Positions 8,607 through 17,825 of a DNA stretch of 45,178 nucleotides are shown here, in pieces (position 1 is the first letter of the stretch; each line of letters begins with the position of its first letter). Below the pieces are notes generated by a model. The model saw only the letters and a list, made by a program, of their open reading frames with translations. It did no database searches and was not told where the DNA came from. A program made the position numbers and the translations under genes. The DNA is taken from the IMG/VR virus record IMGVR_UViG_3300040733_000068, positions 1-45,178 of that record. One strand, given 5' to 3'. The DNA is from a virus (lineage: Duplodnaviria > Caudoviricetes).

Positions 8607-8915
8607 ATGTCGAGGCTCACGGACCTGATCCGGCAGGCGAAGGCCCGCGATCCGCAGATGGGGGCGGACCTGGAGGCCGAATTTCGGGCGCTCCTGAAAC
8701 GCCGCTCCTTCGGACTGGTCTTCGAGCGGCACCGCCCCGAGGCGGTGGAGTTGCCGCACCGCCCTGTCCGGAAGGGCGACAAGGTACGGATCCTGCCTCC
8801 ACGCGGGAGCACGGGGCGCGGCGACCAGCGCCTCTGGACCGTGACGAGGATCGAGCGGCTCGATAATCCGCCACGGTGCACCGTCAACCTCATTAAAACT
8901 CATGCGGGCCGATAA
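8607..8915 (+). pseudogene. N-terminal remnant of a type III (Mod-like) site-specific DNA methyltransferase
   Basis: MSRLTDLIRQAKARDPQMGADLEAEFRAL..RRSFGLVFERHRPEAVELP..PVRKGDKVRILPPRG is the recognisable N-terminus of a bacterial Mod clade. The ORF stops after about 90 aa at an abrupt GC-to-AT switch and has no catalytic motifs. Confidence 0.75.
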
Positions 8916-9113
8916 TGGTGCATTAGGATATTGATATTGGGATAATCTCTACATTTATTCTTCCTTCTCACGAAAATTTATTATCATATAACCTCTCTGT
9001 AGGTCGCTAACCGAGTCAGGGAGAATCGAAAGACGTATCTTCCAACTCGTTCATACAAATCATTACCCTTGCAATCATGACAAAAACCGCGGTGTATAGG
9101 CGAGGACGAATGG

Positions 9114-9641
9114 ATGTCATTAGTTCAAAAATACATTGGGAGAGTTCAGAGAGTTCCGCATTTCCACAAAGTTAAGGGCAAGGTCTTCAACATAGCCCAT
9201 ATTTTTCGGAAGCAATGGCTATCCAAAATTCACAATAATACTGATGTCTACTTTATCTATGGCGAATTGAGTAGTGTTGACGGAATTATACAAGCAGCCA
9301 ATAATCCATACGTTACAATCAATTTGGTTTTTGGAAAAACAATCAGTAAAAATGAAAATAAGCCGATTTTAGAGGATATATTGGAAAATAATGCAAATCG
9401 TATTAAATTATTCTCAATAGAAACTCGTCCCCCGTATCACGGGTTTCTTATTGGAAAAAATTTACTATATGAAGACATTCATAAACCCGATGAGAGATAC
9501 CACTATGCAACAATTATTGAAGATGCCAATAGTGAAACAATTCAAGAATTTTTAGACCAATTTTTCAACCTTACAGAAGGATTCGAACCGTTATCGATTG
9601 AGCAACTCAGACAAATTCCTGTTGGTCTAAGTAACGTCTGA
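9114..9641 (+). CDS. Hypothetical protein, possible degenerate PLD-like alpha/beta fold
   Basis: AT-rich 175-aa ORF; VYFIYGEL...INLVFG...IKLFSIETRPPYHGFLIGKNLLYED resembles PLD-like topology without a full HxKxxxxD motif. Confidence 0.55.
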   Translation: MSLVQKYIGRVQRVPHFHKVKGKVFNIAHIFRKQWLSKIHNNTDVYFIYGELSSVDGIIQAANNPYVTINLVFGKTISKNENKPILEDILENNANRIKLFSIETRPPYHGFLIGKNLLYEDIHKPDERYHYATIIEDANSETIQEFLDQFFNLTEGFEPLSIEQLRQIPVGLSNV

Positions 9642-9824
9642 ACAAAAGTGCTATTTTGTAATATTGTGTAGCAATTGACAATTGCAGGTTTCATTCGTTG
9701 ATTTACTCAGTATTCAGGAGCTTTTTACAGACAGTAATTAATCAGTAAGGGTAACCCCAATGCTTGTAGTATTTCAAATATTCAAATCGAAGGTTTTTTT
9801 TTCATCCACTATTATTTCTTTTAC

Positions 9825-10316
9825 GTGTCGATAGAATCAATTTTAGTGGGGCTGATTCCCCCATTAATTGTCGGTGGTGTAGCAGGGATAACTCTATCAT
9901 TTAACAGTCTTGAGATTTTTTGCCGAATATCTGAGCAATCGGAGAAAAAAAAGATAGATGAACTCCTCCATATTGATAAAATAAATCCGATATTTAACCC
10001 AAAAAGTAAACTAGACGATTTGGCGAGAAAGGCTGCAGAAGCTAATACCCGTAGAGGCATAATCTTAGTAATATTTTTTTTGATAACTGAATTAATTACA
10101 TTTTTATCAGTTATATCGATATATATTTTACAAGCCATCCAACCAGAGTGTCTCCGCATATCAGAATATCTTCTGTTATTGAGCTACACTCTATTCATTA
10201 CATCAATAATATATCTCATGATATCTTTGTGGATATGTTGGAATATTGATTTTGCACGCTCTCTCGAAGTGGTGCCTCCTACCCAGGTGGATAAAATTTG
10301 TGGAGGCGTGTCTTGA
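9825..10316 (+). CDS. Membrane protein (about 3 TM helices)
   Basis: Hydrophobic stretches ILVGLIPPLIVGGVAGITLSF, IILVIFFLITELITFLSVISIYIL and YLLLLSYTLFITSIIYLMISLWI. Confidence 0.65.
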   Translation: MSIESILVGLIPPLIVGGVAGITLSFNSLEIFCRISEQSEKKKIDELLHIDKINPIFNPKSKLDDLARKAAEANTRRGIILVIFFLITELITFLSVISIYILQAIQPECLRISEYLLLLSYTLFITSIIYLMISLWICWNIDFARSLEVVPPTQVDKICGGVS

Positions 10317-10661
10317 CAGGATGTAAAAGTTTTTTATCGGAAAACCACTCGGGGTCGAACAGGGATTCCCTTCTGCGAGATCGGGATCTTCGTCTGTGAA
10401 GAGTTGATTGAGCCTCTCGGTATTCCATGGTCCATATGCAGCACAGGGACCGAATCCCATGACATACGGCTCCGCATCAGCATCGTCGCCGGGATATGGA
10501 AATCCGAAGACCTGGTGGGTCCGCCTCCGGTACAGATCGCACTCACGCTTGATCTCCTCCGGCGTTCGCTGGCGGACCGGGTTCCAGGACCGGGTCCTCA
10601 GCAGATTCTCCTCGTTGTTGTCGATTTGATCCAGGCTGAATTCAGAGAAAACCTTTCGCAT
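10203..10661 (-). CDS. Hypothetical protein (3' end possibly eroded)
   Basis: ATG with GAGGGA SD and protein-like composition; the tail overlaps the convergent membrane gene. Confidence 0.4.
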   Translation of the reverse strand: MRKVFSEFSLDQIDNNEENLLRTRSWNPVRQRTPEEIKRECDLYRRRTHQVFGFPYPGDDADAEPYVMGFGPCAAYGPWNTERLNQLFTDEDPDLAEGNPCSTPSGFPIKNFYILSRHASTNFIHLGRRHHFERACKINIPTYPQRYHEIYY

Positions 10662-10823
10662 ATTCCCTCTTGCATTACAAACTCGTTATGTATTCTCGGG
10701 AATCAAGGATACAACGAATGGCAACGCGCGAGCGATAGCTCTCGCGATCAGATCGAAATAAGTCAATAGTTGGAGCGGCGAGAGGAGAAAGCAAACGGAA
10801 GTGAGCAGGATCCCGGCATGGAT

Positions 10824-11001
10824 GGAGATATCTGAAACGATAACTTGCCGAAAAGGTGGTATTCGGCGAGATACAATATTCTTGAATTTAGGTGAATACG
10901 TCTAGTGCTATAATCACAGAAAGGAGAGCGATAATAGCAAAATGAAGCGCGTTCTTGAGTTGCTGGAGATGGAGGTTGGGGGCTAGTTTGTCACTATACC
11001 C
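10824..11001 (+). mobile_element. Degenerate IS1595-family right-end remnant (copy 1)
   Basis: Diverged direct copy of about 12344-12522, with identical terminus GGCTAGTTTGTCACTATACCC. Confidence 0.75.
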
Positions 11002-11244
11002 AAAAGAATTCCCGAATCTCGTCACATTTCGTCATGATTTGTCACCTCTCACAGACCCCGTTCCAGGTCTCGAGCGAGGGAGGGCGACCGCGGCGATCCG
11101 GTCATCGGCCCGGAGAGCTCCTCGATGAGTTAGGAAACAGGCGGGGATGATACCCATGTATCGCCACCTATTGCCCTCGATCTCATTTTCATTTAACACT
11201 TTTTATGTATATATTCAATATCGAACGAGTGATTATTGATCTGA

Positions 11245-11469
11245 ATGAAAAATCTGAGTGAACTTCAACCGGCGAACACCGGGATGGTGCTTGTCGACGA
11301 ACCGCCTTCGACTTCGATCAGGACCGTCGCTCTCGATCTCAGGCCGTGGGCTCGAGTCATCTTCACATATACCGACTCGGTACGTGCAAAAAGGGAGTGG
11401 CGTATCGGTATCTATAATCTGGCCGTTAGCCTCATCGGCTTAGCTATATACATTCTGGACTTTGCTTAA
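11245..11469 (+). CDS. Small hypothetical protein with C-terminal TM helix
   Basis: 74-aa ORF, hydrophobic C-terminus, TATA-like TTTTATGTATAT upstream. Confidence 0.35.
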   Translation: MKNLSELQPANTGMVLVDEPPSTSIRTVALDLRPWARVIFTYTDSVRAKREWRIGIYNLAVSLIGLAIYILDFA

Positions 11470-11575
11470 GCGATCAGTTCCGAATTTCCATGGTAATCAG
11501 CTGCCCTGCAAGGTGATCGAGGGAAACGATCCCGTCGACCCCCTCTCCTCGAATCGTAGTATGCCACTGTATCCG

Positions 11576-12046
11576 TCAGGGTATTTTTCGCAGGCGCCAT
11601 AAGCCTAGTAACAGCACGACCAAACCAAACCCCGCAACATAACCCGCATACCAAAGATCGAGGGCCCCGCCCATGATACCGGAGAGCAGCCCAAGCGCTC
11701 CTAAGAAGACCATGTCGGCATACCCCCTTTTCGCCTTCTCTTCTGGAGAGAGGGGCCGAGCATCCGAAACGGGCGGAATATAGACCGTATCCTTGTATGA
11801 GGGAGGCGACGCGACCGGGAGAGGGGGAGGTGAAGGCTCCGGAGAAGTGACGGCGGTTGGTATCGGGGGCACCGGTTTATGCTGTTGGAGAGGGGGAGCC
11901 TGATTGAGAACCTCAGGCTCCGAGGCGGGAGGGACATAGTAATCCCGACCGAGGAGTTCCGCGGCCTGTCGAATATTCATCCGACATGACGGGCATAGAC
12001 TCCACTCGTCGCGCACTTGTGTACCGCAATTGGGGCACTCTTTCAT
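11576..12046 (-). CDS. Zinc-ribbon, Pro-rich linker, two-TM membrane protein
   Basis: Start MKECPNCG at 12046; CxxC...CxxC, Pro-rich linker and two hydrophobic helices. Confidence 0.75.
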   Translation of the reverse strand: MKECPNCGTQVRDEWSLCPSCRMNIRQAAELLGRDYYVPPASEPEVLNQAPPLQQHKPVPPIPTAVTSPEPSPPPLPVASPPSYKDTVYIPPVSDARPLSPEEKAKRGYADMVFLGALGLLSGIMGGALDLWYAGYVAGFGLVVLLLGLWRLRKIP

Positions 12047-12108
12047 CCCTGCATCACCATGCAGGGGTATTTTATGCAATTTTCGATGAATCTTTCTAAA
12101 TCGATTTA

Positions 12109-12522
12109 ATGAAGATCTGCCGAAATGGTTTGGTCTGGGCTGAAATCGTCGAGAATGTCGAGGCCGCACCACTCCAGCCGTTGATCTCAAGCACGGTGAA
12201 GAAAGGAGGCATCGTTTGCTCAGATTCCTGGCGGGCGTATACCGGCATCGCATCGAACGGGTTCGTCCATCGGATGGTCAATCATGGTGAACGAGAGTAC
12301 AGCGATGGGAAGGGAAATCACATCAATGGCGTGGAGGGATTCTGGGGATATCTGAAGCGAAAACTCGCAGCAAAGGGGGGTATTCGTCGAGATACATAAT
12401 TCCTGCATTTAGGTGAGTACGTGTGGCGCTATAATCACAGAAAGGAGAGCGAGAAAATGAAATTGAAGTGCGTCCTTGAGTTACTGGAGATGGGGAGTGG
12501 GGGCTAGTTTGTCACTATACCC
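12109..12522 (+). mobile_element. IS1595-family (ISXO2-like) transposase pseudogene with right terminus (copy 2)
   Basis: IVCSDSWRAY...VNHGEREYSDGKGNHINGVEGFWGYLKR; in-frame TAA at 12397-12399, then FLHLGEYVWRYNHR; 5' part missing. Confidence 0.88.
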
Positions 12523-12808
12523 AGAAATGATATTCCAAGGTTTTTGATAGATTCTAAGTTTGGCGTGAACGGAAATTTCGAAATTTGGAATCTCTCTATG
12601 TTGTGGCTATAATCCCAGGGAGTTAAGACTTAGAACCATCGCTCTCCAAACTCGGCCGCCGCCTCATCCTTCCTCTGCAAGCGTCACCTGCACAGACCGC
12701 CACCGCCGAGGCTCACGATACGCGGGGATCCATGTCCCAACGGACATGCAGATTGGAGAATTGCAATGGACAAACTTTATGGCATCTTGGAAATGAGATC
12801 GCTAGTCA

Positions 12809-13870
12809 ATGGATTCAACAACTCTTCTCAACCAACTGATCTTACATCCAAATATTGTCAATATAATAAAAGATCTGAAAAAAAATAAGATCGTCTTTCC
12901 GTCGTATACGGCATCAAACCCCTCTGACTCATCGCAAAACCCGTTTCCTCCAGCAAACGGGGTTCTTTCATCTGTCGAAGAAATCGAAAAAGGGAAATTA
13001 GATCCGAGACAGGGAGAGAAACTTTCACGGCAGATCCAACTCTTGGGCTATGACGAATCCATCGTAAAATTTTCCGCGCTTGAAGGAGTCGGCTATTTCA
13101 CCTCCCATTCCCTTGTTCTTCATGCCGAACACGACTACGTCCCTTCGAATTTCATCACGTTCAATTTCTATACCAAGTCGAAGGACCTGCTTGCACAATC
13201 AGATTATTTCCGACCAGGGGAAGTAGAAGGAGGCAGTATTCCGAAGGAGGATGCCGAAGGCGAGTCGTTCGAGGCTGCATACAAAGCGGATTACGCCAAC
13301 GATCGAACAAGGTTCCTGACAGACAGGGTGCCCGATAATTCCGTTCTGCTGATCGATGGCCCGCTCATCGGTGGCCAGATCAGCAAGTACACCTGCGAAC
13401 TCAATTCTGCGCTTCTCGAGAAAAACGTGATACCGATATTCTTCGTGAAGAACAGCACGAGCGATCTAGTCACGGCGAATACGGCTAACCTGAAAGGAAA
13501 ATTTAACTCCGACATGCATTGGGCAAACACTCTCCTGAAGCCATTCGAGAGGTCGGGGTTGTTCAAGTACCAGGACAGATACAATAAAAATTACTCAAAA
13601 ATATTCTGCTACCTGAAGGCATTCAGCGTGAGCCCCCAGAGGGTCGAATGGCACACCGAGACGAACGAGAGATACGGTACCGAGATCCTCGGCCTTCTTG
13701 ATCTAATTTTGTATTTGCTCTTGGCTCAGGGTGATTTAAAAAATCCTCAAGTTCGAACAATCGCGGTCGCGGAAAAATTCGCTCGTTCGACCATCAGGTT
13801 GTTCGATGCACCTAAACTCATCCAATCGGCATTCGTTCCAACAATGAACGAGACTCGAGGTTTCGGGTGA
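12809..13870 (+). CDS. nurA: NurA-family nuclease
   Basis: RNase H-like NurA motifs LLGYDES, VLLIDGPL, IFFVKNS, PQRVEW and C-terminal IAVAEKFAR; directly upstream of HerA. Confidence 0.8.
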   Translation: MDSTTLLNQLILHPNIVNIIKDLKKNKIVFPSYTASNPSDSSQNPFPPANGVLSSVEEIEKGKLDPRQGEKLSRQIQLLGYDESIVKFSALEGVGYFTSHSLVLHAEHDYVPSNFITFNFYTKSKDLLAQSDYFRPGEVEGGSIPKEDAEGESFEAAYKADYANDRTRFLTDRVPDNSVLLIDGPLIGGQISKYTCELNSALLEKNVIPIFFVKNSTSDLVTANTANLKGKFNSDMHWANTLLKPFERSGLFKYQDRYNKNYSKIFCYLKAFSVSPQRVEWHTETNERYGTEILGLLDLILYLLLAQGDLKNPQVRTIAVAEKFARSTIRLFDAPKLIQSAFVPTMNETRGFG

Positions 13871-13874
13871 TCAA

Positions 13875-15473
13875 ATGAAGTGGATTGTCATAGGGCATGA
13901 TAAGGGCAGGGTTAAGTTAGTTTCAGCGGGGCAGAATCAGGGGATTTTGCCAAAAGGTTCATTCCTTACTATCGAGTCTGATGATCCCACGGAAAAAGCG
14001 AAATTCATCGCCCGTGTGGACAACAGCGACCAGGATTTCCCCTACGCACCCGCACCCATGATCGTGGATATGGGATTGAGCCCCCTAAAACAAGATCAGA
14101 AGTGCCAGAACCTCGTGCACGCATTCATCGTCAGAGATCTCTACCAACGAACCGATGGCCTCATCAATTACATCAAGCCCTTGATGCCTGCGCGGCGGTC
14201 CAATCAGCAGGAGATCGATCTTGCTTTCGGGCTTGACTCCTTGTCAACCGAGGAGTCGATTGGTCCCAAGGTCTTTGTTGCCGCTGTCCATGGTATCCAA
14301 AATCAGATCCTAACGGATGAAGAGGGGCATTATCTGACCGCCAATCTCCCCAGCGACATGTACTTCCATCAGATGATGGTCTGCGGGAAAACTGGAAGCG
14401 GAAAGACAGTATGTACGAAGTATCTGGCCCAACATTTTATCGAAGAACTTGATGGCGCCGTTCTGGCAATCAATGTCAAGGATGTAGATTTCTTACAGAT
14501 GGACAAGCCTTCGAACGCTGTCTCGCCGGAGGTCGAAAAGGAATGGGCCTGTATCGGAGAAAATGCGCGGGGCGTTGACAACTTCATCGCGTATTTTCCT
14601 GCCAACACTCCCCGGAGCAAAATCAAGGCAATCGATCCGGATAAATACAGAGCCATTTCGCTCGATGTGAAGACCATTGATCCCTCCGCGCTGATCGGCA
14701 TCGTACAGGGGATCTCGGACGCTGGCGCAAGGTTCCTACCGGACATCTTCCGGTATTGGCAGGAAGATGTCGCGCCAGAACGAGAACGGCAGATGCCAAA
14801 TTCGTTTACATTCGCAAGCTTCGTTCAATATTTTGGAGATGGTAGAGAGAGCCGGATGTACCGCGCGAAAAATTCAAGGGGAGATCTCATCGAGACCCAG
14901 CTGTTCCCGTCCACAATCACCAATGTCCTGCAAAATATTACAAATGCAATCATCTTCTTCGATGATAGAAATGCAAAATGCTTGACTGAGGACGATATTC
15001 TCCAGCGAGGGCTAATGACGGTGATTGACCTGGAAAACGAACAGGCCAAGAATTTTGGAGCGATACTCCTGAGGCACCTCCTTCATAAGATCGTTGAGAA
15101 AAAGAGTGCCAATTTGTCCTCGGTCCCAACTCTCATCATCATCGATGAAGTCCACCAGTTCTATAACACACAGAGTTCGAAAGATGCTCTCGGAGATCTC
15201 GATACAATCTGCCGACAGGGGCGGAGTCAGAAGATCGGGGTAATTTTCTCGTCTCAGACGCCCTCCGATATTCCCAGCGGATTGTCGAATGTGATCAATA
15301 CGAAAATTTTCTTCAAATCAGATACCCATTCTGCGAAATCCCACGGAGTATCCATTACGGAGAACGAAATGGAGGCATTAAAAAAAGGGTATGCAGTTGG
15401 ATCGATCCACGGGCTCACACAACTGAAAATAATGAAATTCCCGCTCTCGTTCTCAGGAGTAGTCCTACCATGA
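13875..15473 (+). CDS. herA: HerA/FtsK-family ATPase with N-terminal HAS-barrel-like domain
   Basis: HQMMVCGKTGSGKT (Walker A), INVKDVDFL, IIIDEVHQF (Walker B), RQGRSQKIGVIFSSQTPSDI (Arg finger/sensor). Confidence 0.9.
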   Translation: MKWIVIGHDKGRVKLVSAGQNQGILPKGSFLTIESDDPTEKAKFIARVDNSDQDFPYAPAPMIVDMGLSPLKQDQKCQNLVHAFIVRDLYQRTDGLINYIKPLMPARRSNQQEIDLAFGLDSLSTEESIGPKVFVAAVHGIQNQILTDEEGHYLTANLPSDMYFHQMMVCGKTGSGKTVCTKYLAQHFIEELDGAVLAINVKDVDFLQMDKPSNAVSPEVEKEWACIGENARGVDNFIAYFPANTPRSKIKAIDPDKYRAISLDVKTIDPSALIGIVQGISDAGARFLPDIFRYWQEDVAPERERQMPNSFTFASFVQYFGDGRESRMYRAKNSRGDLIETQLFPSTITNVLQNITNAIIFFDDRNAKCLTEDDILQRGLMTVIDLENEQAKNFGAILLRHLLHKIVEKKSANLSSVPTLIIIDEVHQFYNTQSSKDALGDLDTICRQGRSQKIGVIFSSQTPSDIPSGLSNVINTKIFFKSDTHSAKSHGVSITENEMEALKKGYAVGSIHGLTQLKIMKFPLSFSGVVLP

Positions 15474-15631
15474 CCGATGACAGTAACGATGTTTCGATCA
15501 TTTCCCTGCTCGAAGGATTAGTGGAAGATCCCTACGAACTGGAGATACTCAAAAGGATTCTCAACCACGAAGAAAATTCCAGTATTATTGATACGATGAT
15601 TCAACGGAAAGGTGGCGACTCGATTGCTTAA
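15470..15631 (+). CDS. 53-aa acidic helical protein (absent from ORF track)
   Basis: ATG overlaps the herA stop (ATGA); translation MTDDSNDVSIISLLEGLVEDPYELEILKRILNHEENSSIIDTMIQRKGGDSIA*; its stop overlaps the next gene's start. Confidence 0.75.
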   Translation: MTDDSNDVSIISLLEGLVEDPYELEILKRILNHEENSSIIDTMIQRKGGDSIA

Positions 15632-17825
15632 GGTAGACTATAAATTCGCTCGTGACCGGGGTAATAAGATCGAGAGATTTACTCCTCCGGATGAGATACG
15701 AGAGATCCCGAACACCATCGCAATTTTGGAGGCACCGAATGCGTCGGGAAAAAGCACTCTCTTGAATATATTAGCTTTAGGTCTGCATGCCAACACGATC
15801 AATCCTGCCAAGTGTCACATTTCCGGGTCTATTCGAGACAGGATCCAATCCCTCCTGGATGCCTCCAACCACGAGCTTACATTTAATTTTTCCATAACAG
15901 ATCCCGATGCCTCGCTTGAGATAATCGCAGAAAAACATGACGGCAAGAACAGCGAGATCATCACGAGAGAGATTTCTGCTGGTAAGAAAACCACTTTGAC
16001 CGATATCAGTCTCCCGGAAAAATATTTTCTCATATACGATATCCCGGAAAACCCGCTTGAACGCCTTCCTTACATGGTCGATCAGATTAGGTCCCAACAA
16101 CAGGATCTTACCGATCGTTTGAAACTATTGAAGGAGCAGGCCCATAGCCTATTGAAAGATATCAAAGATGCAAAAAATCCGCAACGAATAGAATATTTAC
16201 AAACCAACCTGCACCGTCTTCAAGAAGACAGCGAGAAACGCGAAGCTGAGATTGTTGATCTGCAGGATAAAGAGACGACTATCGCTCTGTATCAAGCATA
16301 TAAATTCTATCGACATTACCGTCGCATCAGAGACAATCTCGAGTTTGAACTGGACAAGATCGAAAACAAGAAGAAATTTTTCAACAGCTCGAAAAAACGG
16401 AAAAACACGCAGTATTCCAATCAACTCGAAATTGCGCATGGGCATATAGAAAATGTTCGGAGATACCATACTGAGATCTCCAAATATTTCGAGGCAATAT
16501 TTTCAGGGAGCCAACCGAAAGAAATCAAGACTGCGATAAAGGAATGGGAATCTATCAAGCCCGATCGTATACTGGAGACCTTCTATATCAACGAAAATTA
16601 CATAAAAAGCATCGACTTTTTCATATCTGAGATCCGGAAAAAGAATCAGGATTCGGCACTGAAGAAAGCCGCCGATGCGAAGAAATTCTACTCCGATCTC
16701 CTGAGCATCCTTCGCAGTTATGAAAAGAGCGACTTTCTATTTCCTGGTGTCGATAAGTCACTGACACAGATAATCACTGATCTCGAAAATGAATGCAAGA
16801 AGTACTCCCACCATGCAAAAGTTGTCGACAACTATTCTCATTCATTGCGTCTGCTGACGGAGATGAAGGCGGCCTTCGCAGCCCTACCTCCAGTATTAGA
16901 GAAATTACGGACCCTCAAAGGGAGGGTGACTGAAGACGAGACCGACGATACTGAGTCGCTTGAGGAGCTGCTGAAGCGGGGTCAACTCAGAGAACGCGAA
17001 CGCGATGAGGCAGCGGCCGCTCTCCTAAGATATAAGCGAGTAATTGGAGAGCGGGTGGATGTTGAGAACCTGAATTACGATGAGCTTCAGGAGATCATCA
17101 TCAATTACCAACAGGAACATCCGGATCTGTCGAGATATTTCTTCTTCACCGAGGACCAGATCACCTCAGATCTGAAAAAGATCCGACAAAATATCCATGA
17201 TCACCATGATAACATCAAAAGGAACGAGAGAATTATCGAAAAAGAGTCAGGCGAACTCAACGTATTAGAAAATCGGCCCAAACACAAATACCAGGATCAG
17301 TATGACGAGATAGAAAATTTATATCGTCATTGCGAAAAACTCGAAGTGATCATCCGACAATCGCTTGGAAATCATCTCTCTGATTTAGCGGGACAAGGGA
17401 AGAAAAAATCTCCCCCGAATGCAGCTGCGGTGAAGGTTTACGACCTTATATTTCGATACTTGGCAAAGAAAATTCCCGAGGTTCCCTATATCGACGAAAT
17501 AATCATCCCAGAAAAAATCGACCTTGTGAACCGATCAATTATCGATAAGGCCGGGGGGAGGATTAGCTTCGACGATATCAGCGCTGGGCAGGGTATAAGC
17601 CTCTATTTACGGTCGCTTTTAAAGTTACCAAAGGAAGATAAAAGGAAAATCATCGCATTCTTCGACGAGATTTCCACAATGGATCCGAAAACCCTCAAAT
17701 ATCTCATCGACGATCTCATCCAGTTGGAAAAAAACGATCGATTGTTGTGCGCGCTTCTTGTTCAGAAATCCCGAAAGTTACAGTTGAAGGATGTCGGAGA
17801 GGTATATAAAGATGCAAACTTCTGA
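15624..17825 (+). CDS. Rad50/SbcC/SMC-like coiled-coil ABC ATPase
   Basis: N-terminal Walker A EAPNASGKST, long coiled coil, signature ISAGQ, Walker B IAFFDEIST and D-loop MDP. Probable TTG start at 15624 after AGGTGG (the ORF track uses GTG 15612). Confidence 0.85.
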   Translation: MLKVDYKFARDRGNKIERFTPPDEIREIPNTIAILEAPNASGKSTLLNILALGLHANTINPAKCHISGSIRDRIQSLLDASNHELTFNFSITDPDASLEIIAEKHDGKNSEIITREISAGKKTTLTDISLPEKYFLIYDIPENPLERLPYMVDQIRSQQQDLTDRLKLLKEQAHSLLKDIKDAKNPQRIEYLQTNLHRLQEDSEKREAEIVDLQDKETTIALYQAYKFYRHYRRIRDNLEFELDKIENKKKFFNSSKKRKNTQYSNQLEIAHGHIENVRRYHTEISKYFEAIFSGSQPKEIKTAIKEWESIKPDRILETFYINENYIKSIDFFISEIRKKNQDSALKKAADAKKFYSDLLSILRSYEKSDFLFPGVDKSLTQIITDLENECKKYSHHAKVVDNYSHSLRLLTEMKAAFAALPPVLEKLRTLKGRVTEDETDDTESLEELLKRGQLRERERDEAAAALLRYKRVIGERVDVENLNYDELQEIIINYQQEHPDLSRYFFFTEDQITSDLKKIRQNIHDHHDNIKRNERIIEKESGELNVLENRPKHKYQDQYDEIENLYRHCEKLEVIIRQSLGNHLSDLAGQGKKKSPPNAAAVKVYDLIFRYLAKKIPEVPYIDEIIIPEKIDLVNRSIIDKAGGRISFDDISAGQGISLYLRSLLKLPKEDKRKIIAFFDEISTMDPKTLKYLIDDLIQLEKNDRLLCALLVQKSRKLQLKDVGEVYKDANF

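Noticed and set aside
12552-12636. Short inverted repeat TTCTAAGT...ACTTAGAA with internal palindrome AAATTTCGAAATTT upstream of nurA
   Set aside because: Only 8 bp, single copy, no target duplication; cannot distinguish a MITE or operator from chance in AT-rich DNA.
12809-17825. Interpretation as the housekeeping herA-nurA-mre11-rad50 repair operon
   Set aside because: No Mre11 phosphoesterase, no Rad50 zinc hook, extra genes, atypical composition and location inside a viral cargo island. Not formally excluded without phylogeny.
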